From assembly GCA_963694315.1 (NCBI GenBank), contig CAVOCU010000003.1:1-48308 (forward strand): a stretch of DNA of 48,308 bases. Reading direction: 5' to 3'. Within the stretch, counting starts at the first letter, position 1, and every line of letters starts with the position of its first letter. Shown in pieces: positions 1 to 9,235 of this stretch. The translations under genes and the position numbers were made by a program. Under the pieces are notes generated by a model, which made no database searches, was not told where the DNA came from, and worked only from the letters and a program-made list of their open reading frames with translations. Origin of the DNA: Dehalococcoidia bacterium. GTDB taxonomy: Bacteria > Chloroflexota > Dehalococcoidia > Lucifugimonadales > UBA1127.

Positions 1-13
1 GAGGAAAAGACTT

Positions 14-1294
14 GTGCTTACACCAGAAGAAAATAAACTCGTAACAGAGATTGGCCCGGATACCGCAATGGGCGATCTCTTTCGTCGATTCTGGATTCCA
101 GTCTTCCTTTCCCGTGAGGTTTCCGATCCTGATGGTGCGCCTGCTCGGACAAGGCTCCTGGGCGAGCACATCGTCGGGTTTCGCGATACCAGCGGGCGTC
201 TCGGCATCCTTGAGGCTGCGTGCCCTCACCGTGGTGTTGACCTCTCCTATGGCCTCAATGAGGAAAACGGCCTTCGCTGCGCCCGCTGCGGTTGGAAGTT
301 TGACGTAGAGGGCAATTGCCTGGAAATGCCCTATGAGCCGGATGAAGAGAACCTAAGGAAGACTGTGAAGGCTGTGGCCTACGGGGTACAGGAGTGGGCC
401 GGAGTTGTCTGGGCATATATGGGGCCGAAAGAGGAATCCCCGGAGCGCCCGGAGTTTGAGTGGGGTCAGTTGCCGGAAGACCACCGGTACATCTCCAAGT
501 TTGTTCAAGAATGTAACTACCTCCAGGGGCTTGAGGGTGGTATTGATAGCTCCCGTATCTCATTTCTTTATGACATACTCTTCGGCGATCAACCTTCAGT
601 GGAGAACACGGCTGACCGTTTGGTGCAGGGATTTGAAGGAAGCCGTAAGGACGAAAGGTTCCAGTCTGTTGCCATCAAGGCCACGGACTATGGCCTCCTG
701 GTTGGTGCTGCAACAGATGAAGGGAAAGAGAGCAACACCTGGCACGTCAACCAGTGGCTCATGCCCTTCTACACAACGCCCAAGCCAGAAGGCGATGGCC
801 TTCTGGGGTGCCTAGCGTGGGTTCCGGTGGACGACAAGAACACCATGGTTTACGTCATTACCTACCACCCGGACAGGCCGTTGACCTCAGAAGAGGTTGA
901 GACTCGCCGTGCCGGTGGTGGCAACCACCCTGAGCTGAATGAGGGCACCTACAAGCGAAAGCGGAACAAAGAGAACGATTACTTAATCGAGCGAAAAATC
1001 GGCAGCACCAACCCCTTGGAGACTATCTCCAGCGAGTTTGAATTGGCCCTGGTGTTGGAAGAGAGCATGGGGGCTGTTGTTGACCGGACGAAAGAGCAGC
1101 TTGACCCCAATGATGTTGCGATTATGGCTGCCCGCCGGATGCTGATGAAGTCTGCCATTGACCTGCGAGAGGGCACTGAACCGGCTGCAGCTCACAATGG
1201 AGCAGCGTACTACGTTCATGCTTCTGCGGCAGTCCTAAAGCGTGACGCGTCTATAGATGAAATTGAGAACAACGTCACGCCTGATCGCGAATAG
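14..1294 (+). CDS. Rieske non-heme iron oxygenase alpha-subunit homolog (phthalate 4,5-dioxygenase/LigXa-like) with degenerate metal ligands
   Basis: 426-aa ORF, GTG start after GAGGA. Family-typical N-terminus (GP.T.MG.LFRRFWIP), CPHRG and ESMG.VVDRT.E.L motifs. The second Rieske motif reads CARCGW and the Fe motif reads DSSRISFLY. Confidence 0.85.
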   Translation: MLTPEENKLVTEIGPDTAMGDLFRRFWIPVFLSREVSDPDGAPARTRLLGEHIVGFRDTSGRLGILEAACPHRGVDLSYGLNEENGLRCARCGWKFDVEGNCLEMPYEPDEENLRKTVKAVAYGVQEWAGVVWAYMGPKEESPERPEFEWGQLPEDHRYISKFVQECNYLQGLEGGIDSSRISFLYDILFGDQPSVENTADRLVQGFEGSRKDERFQSVAIKATDYGLLVGAATDEGKESNTWHVNQWLMPFYTTPKPEGDGLLGCLAWVPVDDKNTMVYVITYHPDRPLTSEEVETRRAGGGNHPELNEGTYKRKRNKENDYLIERKIGSTNPLETISSEFELALVLEESMGAVVDRTKEQLDPNDVAIMAARRMLMKSAIDLREGTEPAAAHNGAAYYVHASAAVLKRDASIDEIENNVTPDRE

Positions 1295-1460
1295 CACGCT
1301 GGCCTTATTGGGCTACCATCACGTGGGACCAACGTAGAGTGGCAAGCCCTAGTGACAAGGACGTACTTGTGCCCAATTTTATTGACATAAACGCATTCTC
1401 TTCTGGCGTTTCACCTCTAGCCCATCCGCTTACCCCCGTGGTGTTGAGCTAACACCGCGC

Positions 1461-2786
1461 ATGAACCCTGACAACACGCTCCAACAGAAAGAGCCCAGCT
1501 TCTTCTACGGATGGGTCATCGTTGCCTCTGCATTTATGGTGAACGTTGTGGGCGCTCCTATGAACGCGGTGGTCGTCTCCTTCTTCATTGGCCCTATTAG
1601 CGACGACCTGGGTGTGAGCCGTAGTGCCATTGCCTGGGCGCTGACCTTTCGCATTGTTGTTGCTGGTCTCACTGCGCCGTTCTTGGGGCCACTAATAGAC
1701 CGATACGGCTCCCGCTGGTTGGGCACTTTTGCTGGTGTCTACACAGGAGCCACCCTCATGGGCCTCTACTTTGTGGACAGCATCTGGTCTCTCTATTTGA
1801 TGTTTGCTCTCTCAGGCCTCATGGGATTTGGCGCGCCAGGGGGGAGCCTGCTGATTGCTGTCCCTGTGGCTAAATGGTTTGTCGTACGGAGAGGCCGCGC
1901 CATGGCTATCGCTACTGCAGGGGCGCCACTGGGAACCGTCTTCGGCATTTTTGCGGCTCAAGCGTTGATCCACAGTATTGGGTGGAGAGGGGCCTGGGTG
2001 GTGTTTGGGATTGGCTTGTGGGCTGTCATGGTGCCTTTGTTTGCCTTCTTTATGCGGCGTACACCGGAAGATATGGGCCTGAACCCAGACGGAGCAAGTT
2101 CAGTGCCCCTCTCGCAATCGGGCGCGAACCCAACCCAGGGAGAGGTTGATTGGCCGCTACGGAAGGTGTTGAGGGCACCGGTGATGTGGATGCTTGTCCT
2201 GGCGTTCGCCATGAACCAGTTTGTCGGCTCAGGTACTCTGGTGCACAGGGTAAGCTCCTTTGAGGCTGATGGTCTTTCCGATGGGCTGATAGGCGTTGGT
2301 ATAGCCGCTGAGCCTCTTACGTTTGTGGCTATGGCCCTGGTGTTCGGCATGGTGATTGAGCGGGCCGTTCCCCGGTTTATTGGTGCGCTGGGCCTCACCT
2401 TCATGGCTCTTGCTGTCCTCCCTATGCTGTTCTTTGTGGATGGGCACAACTACTTCATCTTCATCCACAGCTTCCTTTGGGGAGCAGGAGCAGGGGCAGG
2501 CATGAACTTCATGAACGTAGTCTGGCCTAGCTATTTTGGACGAAAGCATCTGGGTTCTATACGGGGTTTCATTCTTCCCATCACCATCATTGCAGGGGGG
2601 CTAGGACCCCCGATGTATGGCTACATCATTGATAGCTGGGGCGGCTACACCGTGGCTTGGTCAGTCACGCTGATATCTATGATTGGAGCAGGTACCTTGT
2701 ACTTGTTTGCCAAACCTCCAAAGCTAAGAGCTTCCAGAGATGGTGAAGGGGAAGGCCGGGCTGGTGAACCTACCCTTCCTGGGTGA
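1461..2786 (+). CDS. MFS transporter (OFA/MCT-like)
   Basis: About 12 hydrophobic segments, motif A GPLIDRYGSR, FFYGWVIV N-terminus, WF..RRGRA and PEDMGL.PDG. Confidence 0.9.
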   Translation: MNPDNTLQQKEPSFFYGWVIVASAFMVNVVGAPMNAVVVSFFIGPISDDLGVSRSAIAWALTFRIVVAGLTAPFLGPLIDRYGSRWLGTFAGVYTGATLMGLYFVDSIWSLYLMFALSGLMGFGAPGGSLLIAVPVAKWFVVRRGRAMAIATAGAPLGTVFGIFAAQALIHSIGWRGAWVVFGIGLWAVMVPLFAFFMRRTPEDMGLNPDGASSVPLSQSGANPTQGEVDWPLRKVLRAPVMWMLVLAFAMNQFVGSGTLVHRVSSFEADGLSDGLIGVGIAAEPLTFVAMALVFGMVIERAVPRFIGALGLTFMALAVLPMLFFVDGHNYFIFIHSFLWGAGAGAGMNFMNVVWPSYFGRKHLGSIRGFILPITIIAGGLGPPMYGYIIDSWGGYTVAWSVTLISMIGAGTLYLFAKPPKLRASRDGEGEGRAGEPTLPG

Positions 2787-3924
2787 TGGTTCCTGCCTCT
2801 ATCCAGAAAGTTGCTATGGCATCTTGGAGTTCAGACGGCTGACGTTCCCCGTCTACCATTGTAATCAACGCCTGCTCGGCTCCGCAGGCAGCTTCTAGAA
2901 CCCGAAGTTGGCGAGCGTCGTCCAGCTCTGAGAGGACGTCATCAAGGAGCAGCACCGGCTCCTCGCCAAGGATTTCTGTCAGGTAGCTTGCCTCCGCCAA
3001 CCGTAGCGATAACGCAACCGTCCGTATCTGCCCGCGAGATCCATACTGCCCAACGTTCACGCCGCCAACCGTTGTCCGTAGCTCATCTCGGTGTGGCCCA
3101 ACCAGGGTCTGCGCCATCTGTATCTCTCTGGCTCGTACGGACGTAAGCCGGTCTGAGATATATGCTGCTACCTCTTCATGCGTGCCCACCAAGTCTATTG
3201 ATGGCTCGTACGATACCTCTAATTCACCATCTTCAGAGGCCATGGAGGCGTAGGCTCCTGCTGCCAGTGGTGCTAACGCCGTCATCGCCGTGCGCCGTCG
3301 CTCGGTGACGCGAGCCCCTTGTTGGCTGAGTTCATCGTTCCAGAAGATAAGCTCGTCTGGCCCGGCCTGCCCCTCGCGGATGCGCTTCAGTAACTGGTTC
3401 CGCTGTGTGATTACCTTCTGGTACCGCTGTAAAACCTTGAGGTATTCCCTATCCACCTGGGACAGCAGGACGTTCATGTATCGACGCCGATTTGAGGGCG
3501 AGCCACTGATGAGCGAGAGGTCGTCCGCAGAGAAGAGCACGGCTGCGATGCTGCCGACCGCTTGGGCGGCGGGTTTTGGTAGGCCATTCACCCGAATGCG
3601 CTTCTGGTAAACCCCCGTTGTAGAACCAGCTTGCCCCGGCGCGATGGCCATATCTACCTGCACCTCTACCTGCTGGCCGTCCTTCCGTTGGGCCGCGCCT
3701 ATGAGTCTGGTGTAAGGAACCTCTTCTGCAGCCTCAAACCTGATGACGTCCCGTTCGTTCTCTGCCCGAGTGGACTTGGTCAGAGCCAGCAGGTAAATGG
3801 CCTCTAGAAAGTTGCTCTTACCCTGGGCATTGGCGCCGCGAAATACGGATAGCCCTGGACTGAGGTCCAGTTCTATGTCCTTATAGTTGCGGAAGTTTTT
3901 CAGTGTCAGGTGTGATAAGTGCAT
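2770..3924 (-). CDS. recF: DNA replication/repair protein RecF
   Basis: L.L.NFRNY, Walker A GANAQGKS, GPHRD, signature GSRGQ, Walker B LLLDDVLSELD. Overlaps the convergent MFS gene end by 17 nt. Confidence 0.97.
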   Translation of the reverse strand: MHLSHLTLKNFRNYKDIELDLSPGLSVFRGANAQGKSNFLEAIYLLALTKSTRAENERDVIRFEAAEEVPYTRLIGAAQRKDGQQVEVQVDMAIAPGQAGSTTGVYQKRIRVNGLPKPAAQAVGSIAAVLFSADDLSLISGSPSNRRRYMNVLLSQVDREYLKVLQRYQKVITQRNQLLKRIREGQAGPDELIFWNDELSQQGARVTERRRTAMTALAPLAAGAYASMASEDGELEVSYEPSIDLVGTHEEVAAYISDRLTSVRAREIQMAQTLVGPHRDELRTTVGGVNVGQYGSRGQIRTVALSLRLAEASYLTEILGEEPVLLLDDVLSELDDARQLRVLEAACGAEQALITMVDGERQPSELQDAIATFWIEAGTITQEG

Positions 3925-4281
3925 AACTATTCAGGCCTTACTGGAGTTGATAAACCCTACTCTCCCAACAGGTCACGGGTATTCTAGCAGTAACGGAACT
4001 GATACGGCGTGCCAACCGCCGTGGGATGGCCTCGAAGCTGCGTCGAAATTCGTAAAAACACAGTAAACATAGCTTCAAAGATCTGTGATATACTCCGTTT
4101 TTCCCTATGTGGCGTAGGTGGCAATGGTTATTAGATGACGGAGACTATGTCTCTGCAATTTCATCCCCTCATTCCAACGTGTCACTCTCCTAAAAGGGAG
4201 AGTCATAAGACTAAAGGGGTGCTAATTGTGATCAACGGGGCTGAGCTACCAAGTCAGAATCTTTAAGGCAGGGTGGTTGCT

Positions 4282-7032
4282 ATGACCCTTCGCGATACGG
4301 CCAAACAGACCCAATGGGTCTACTCCTTTGAAGCTGCTGATGGCGACCAGCGTAACCTGCTGGGAGGCAAAGGCGCTGGCCTTGCGGATATGACGGCTGC
4401 CGGTTTGCCTGTTCCTCCCGGGTTCATCATCACCACAGAAGCTTGCAGGGCGTATTACCATTCCGGCAAGTCTATCCCAGACGAGATGTGGTCGCAGACA
4501 CTGGAAGCCATGCAGGAACTGGAACACACCACCGGACGTTTCCTTGGTGTTCCCTCCAATCCGCTACTGGTTTCCGTGCGTTCCGGCTCCCCGGTCTCCA
4601 TGCCTGGCATGATGGACACCGTGTTGAACCTTGGCTTGAACCAGAGCGTCGCAGATGGCATTGCACGCCGGACCGGCAATCCACGCTTCGCCCTTGACCT
4701 CTACCGTCGCTTTATCCAAATGTTCGGCAACGTTGTCCTGGGTATTGATGCAAAACTCTTTGACGCTGTACTGGTAGCAAACCAGGAAAAAGCAGGAGTC
4801 AAACTTGCATCGAAGCTTTCTCCCGAGGCCCTACAGATTGTCATCAACGAGTACAAAGTAGTGGTCAAACGAGAAACCGATGAAGAATTCCCGAACACCC
4901 CCAAGTACCAGTTGGAACAAGCTATTCGCGCGGTGTTTGAAAGCTGGGACACCCGGCGAGCAATGGACTACCGCAACTTCAACAAGATTCCCCATGACCT
5001 CTATACCGCTGTCAACATCGTCGCTATGGTCTTCGGCAACATGGGCGACACCAGCGGTACGGGAGTGCTGTTCACCAGAGACCCATCCACAGGGGAGAAA
5101 AATCTCTACGGTGAATACCTGGTCAATGCCCAGGGAGAAGACGTTGTTTCGGGAATTGCCACGCCCCAGAAAATAGCCCACCTACAAGTGCAGATGCCTG
5201 AGGTTTACAGCCAGTTAAACCAGATGGCTATGCAGCTGGAACAGCACTATCGTGACGCCCAGGACGTAGAGTTCACTGTGGAGCAGGGCAAGCTGTACTT
5301 GTTGCAGACGCGTGGTGCCAAGCGCAGTGCGAAATCCGCCATCAAGATGGCCGTAGACATGCGGGCTGAAGGGTTGATTACCAAGGAAGAAGCCCTTATG
5401 CGTGTTGAACCTGACCAGATATATCAACTCCTCCTTCCTCGGCTTGATGAAAGCGCAAAGCAGGCTGCTAAGGACGAGGGTCGTCTGATTACTGTGGGCT
5501 TAGGCGCATCGCCCGGCGGCGAAACAGGGAAGGTGTTCTTCACTTCTGACGAGGCTGCGGCTCAGAGCAAACGGGGTGTCAGTGTCATCCTTGTCCGTCC
5601 GGAGACCAGTCCTGACGATGTTCATGGATTGATTGCCTCTAAGGGTGTGCTTACGGCAAGGGGCGGCGCAACTAGCCATGCGGCAGTGGTCGCCCGTGGG
5701 TTGGGTAAGCCCTGCGTATCCGGCGCTGAAATGATAGAAGTGCGTCCGGAAGATGGCGTCCTCCACTGCGGCGACATTACGATCCATGAGGGCGATGAGA
5801 TTAGCATTGACGGCGCAACTGGCGAGGTGTTCGTTGGTGGCATTGCTACGGTCGAGCCGTGTGTGAATGATGACGTTGATCTTGTAACGCTTCTCAGTTG
5901 GGCTGACGAAACGCGGCGTTTGGGCGTTTGGGCCAACGCTGATTACCCCCGAGACGCAGAATTAGCCGTAGCCTTTGGCGCAGAGGGGATTGGCCTTTGC
6001 CGTACAGAGCACATGTTCTTTGAGCCGGCCAGGCTGGCCCTGGTACGAGAAATGATGCTTGCTGCCCATGCCACCATTGTCATTCAGGAAGGCGAGGCTG
6101 CTCAGGTTAGGTATGAGAAGGCCCTGGCTGAGCTAGAGGTTCTCCAAGTCGACGATTTTGCGGGAATACTCCGGGCAATGGCCGGAAAACCCGTGGTTAT
6201 TCGATTGCTTGACCCCCCGATGCACGAGTTCCTTCCGCCCTATGAAGAGTTGCTTGCGGAAGTGATTGAGCTTCGCATCAGGGGTACCGCCCCGGAATTA
6301 CTTCAGGAGCGGGAGAACCTGCTGAACGCAGTAAATGAAATGCGTGAAACCAACCCCATGATCGGCATGAGGGGTTGTCGCCTTGGACTGGTATTCCCAG
6401 AGATTTACATCATGCAGGTTCGGGCCATCATGACAGCAGCTATGAAGGTGACGGCTGAGGGGGTACAAGTGTGCCCTGAAATCATGATTCCGCTGGTGAG
6501 CCATACCAATGAGTTCCAGTCACTAAGAGAGACCTTAGAAGAGACTATTCAAACCTTTAGAGCCGCTACAGGTAGCACGCAACCGTACAGAATTGGCACC
6601 ATGATAGAGCTTCCTAGGGCCGCGTTGACAGCGGACCAGATTGCCAAGTCTGCGGAGTTCTTCAGCTTTGGAACCAATGACCTGACGCAGAACACCTTTG
6701 GGTTCAGTCGTGATGACGTAGAATCCAAATTCCTCATGCGGTATGAGGAAGCGGGAATCTTGAAGGAAAACCCCTTCCAGGTAGTGGATGAGGATGGGGT
6801 TGGCCAACTGATTCGGATGGCATGCGCTCTAGGGAGACAGGCACGTAAGGACATCTCATTGGGGGTTTGCGGCGAACACGGTGGCGACCCCAAGAGTATT
6901 GAGTTCTTCAATACCCTCCCCTTGGACTATGTAAGCTGTTCTCCGTACCGTGTGCCAGTGGCTCGGTTAGCGGCCGCAAGGGCAGAACTGAAACAGAATG
7001 CAGCTAAGCGGAGCAATATTGGCGGCAGCTAG
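4282..7032 (+). CDS. ppdK: Pyruvate, phosphate dikinase
   Basis: LLGGKGA, PLLVSVRSG..SMPGMMDT, phospho-His motif GGATSHAAVVAR, FSFGTNDLTQ, GVCGEHGGDP. Alternative start GTG 4273. Confidence 0.98.
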   Translation: MTLRDTAKQTQWVYSFEAADGDQRNLLGGKGAGLADMTAAGLPVPPGFIITTEACRAYYHSGKSIPDEMWSQTLEAMQELEHTTGRFLGVPSNPLLVSVRSGSPVSMPGMMDTVLNLGLNQSVADGIARRTGNPRFALDLYRRFIQMFGNVVLGIDAKLFDAVLVANQEKAGVKLASKLSPEALQIVINEYKVVVKRETDEEFPNTPKYQLEQAIRAVFESWDTRRAMDYRNFNKIPHDLYTAVNIVAMVFGNMGDTSGTGVLFTRDPSTGEKNLYGEYLVNAQGEDVVSGIATPQKIAHLQVQMPEVYSQLNQMAMQLEQHYRDAQDVEFTVEQGKLYLLQTRGAKRSAKSAIKMAVDMRAEGLITKEEALMRVEPDQIYQLLLPRLDESAKQAAKDEGRLITVGLGASPGGETGKVFFTSDEAAAQSKRGVSVILVRPETSPDDVHGLIASKGVLTARGGATSHAAVVARGLGKPCVSGAEMIEVRPEDGVLHCGDITIHEGDEISIDGATGEVFVGGIATVEPCVNDDVDLVTLLSWADETRRLGVWANADYPRDAELAVAFGAEGIGLCRTEHMFFEPARLALVREMMLAAHATIVIQEGEAAQVRYEKALAELEVLQVDDFAGILRAMAGKPVVIRLLDPPMHEFLPPYEELLAEVIELRIRGTAPELLQERENLLNAVNEMRETNPMIGMRGCRLGLVFPEIYIMQVRAIMTAAMKVTAEGVQVCPEIMIPLVSHTNEFQSLRETLEETIQTFRAATGSTQPYRIGTMIELPRAALTADQIAKSAEFFSFGTNDLTQNTFGFSRDDVESKFLMRYEEAGILKENPFQVVDEDGVGQLIRMACALGRQARKDISLGVCGEHGGDPKSIEFFNTLPLDYVSCSPYRVPVARLAAARAELKQNAAKRSNIGGS

Positions 7033-7142
7033 GATTCTTTAGTCCCCGGCCATCCGCCTTTAGCCCCTTTAGTCCCCGATAAATTGTGTCGATGCCTTCG
7101 CAAGGCGCAGAAACGTCTTGCTACCCTCGTCATCAACCTGCA

Positions 7143-9008
7143 CTATGGCTTCTCATCATCCTTATCCGTTGGCTCATTGGGAAACGGTGAGTCATTTTGT
7201 TCCCCAAGGTTCTTCTCAGCTTCATGTAGCATGTCAGCTACAGACTGTGGTTCTGCCGGAAGCATGCTCTCTTTGCCGACCTTACGGACGTGTGACCCGC
7301 CATCGCCAACGACCGAGACCACCACGGAGCCGCCCATGACCATTCCGCCAATCAACAGCAGCAACATTGCGCGACTCTTTACCCCGGAGAAGAAGGCGTC
7401 GCCTATCTGCAAGCTGGTGCCGAATCCCTTTTCCACAGCGTTATGGTCGGGAGGAGACGGTTGTTCAATGGCATGTCCGGGCAAGGCTGATGTAGTTCCG
7501 AACATTGTCGACGCTCTCTTTGTCGCTGGCATAATCGGCAGAGGCCGGGTCAAAGATGTTTTCGAATGCTTCTTCCTGAGTCCAGTCCCAGCCGTCTCGT
7601 ATGGTCCCTCGGACGTAATCCACATTCTCCAATGCAGATGGGTTCAGTTGCGTTAATATCTCGCGAAAATCTGTCTCATCCAGAGCCCAACCATCCTTGA
7701 CCTTCCCGCGGATATCTTCCAGGGTATCGCCGGCCTCCGTGCCACCGATGGTCGCCAGAAGGTCTTGCTCCGTGAAGGTGACTGTAGATGGCAATTGAGC
7801 AGTAATGCTGTCTCCCAGGAAGGTGAGAGGGTCAACACCCAGTGAACTCTTGAGGCTTTCAAGGGTGAGGCCCGGTATCGTGCATAAGAGCGTGGTAGGG
7901 TCAGCGCTTCCCAGGGTAATCTGGAGGAGTTGTGACGTGGTACATGCGGGGAGGCTGGCAAGTAGTACCTCGTACTTCTGGTCCACAGTGGTCGCCAGGA
8001 TAGCTACTGTAGCGTCTATCCTTCTCCGTACAGGCACCGATACCGTGAATTCGTCGCTTGTGCCTGTCAGATAAGGAACAATGCTGTTTACCAGGGTGTC
8101 AGTTTGTGCGTCTACCCACTCTGGCGTGAGCGCAGCGCCTCCATAGCAAGACGTATCTCTGCCCTGGTGATGGTAACCCCCAGGGGCAAATCCACTCCAT
8201 TGATGATGAACTCGTCCAGAGCAGGATCGATTATCTCATCCAGGAGGTACGGCTGAAGGTCTACCTCTTGCAGGATGCGGTTGAACGCTGACTGTATGGC
8301 GCCAACTTGTTCCGCCAGAGGGATAGTGAACGTGAAGGTATCGGTCTGACCGATAAGGTACGGCCCCATGGTTGTTATAGCTTGGGCCTGTAGAGAGTCT
8401 AGCAATTCGGGCGTGATAACTCGCGCAAGCGAACCCGCTACCTCGTCAGACGCCAATGTGACGCCCAAGACAAGATCAATCTCCGACCCAAAATTAGTCT
8501 TTACCCCTTCAGGAACAGCTTCGTCAAAGAGCGCTGCGTGGAGGTCAATACTACTGATAAGCTCACTAATGACTAACAATGCCACGTCAGTCCTGTCATT
8601 AAGGTCAACAGAGAGTGACACGCTGTCGGTTTCTCCAGCCAGGTATGGAACCGCGTCATCAATGGCTAGTTCCACTTCGTGCTGTATCTAATCAGGAGGG
8701 AGGGTGGCCTGCACGGCAGCGACAATTTCTTCCGTTGTTAAGTCAATGCCCAGAGGCAGCCCACCTGCTTCCTCTAGCTGCTGGTCAATAGCCAGGGTGA
8801 GAGCGTCCGTATAGAGGAAGTTGTAGATGTCCGCCTCAACCAACTGGTCTTTGTAGAACTGTTCCTCAAGGAACGTGTCGTTAACGCGCAAGGTCATCAG
8901 CGTGACTATCAGCAGGGGAATCATGAGGACGCCCAATCCAATTGCGATGAGCCTTCTAATCCAGATTATTACGCCCCTTACAGCTACGAATTTGAACGGT
9001 TGCGCCAT
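7143..9008 (-). pseudogene. Disrupted large membrane-anchored repeat protein
   Basis: Four consecutive ORF pieces join into one gene: in-frame TAG at 8688-8690, frameshift near 8135, and a further break near 7475. N-terminal and C-terminal TM segments, three internal PYL.G..D repeats. Confidence 0.75.
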
Positions 9009-9235
9009 TCTATGGAGCGGTCAGTACACCGCCAAGCTAACGTTGGACTCTAATTATATAACGATGTTGACCCTATCAATGTTGCAAGAATCCACTGAAC
9101 TCACTGCCCGTTGCGTTTGGTGTAGCTCCTGTAGCCCATAGCTCGTGTAGAATGTTGAGACTAAAGGATGAGGTATTGGTGGAAACGATAGGCTCTGACA
9201 GAAACGAAGAATCCTCCCTTCCGACTGGGCAGCCG

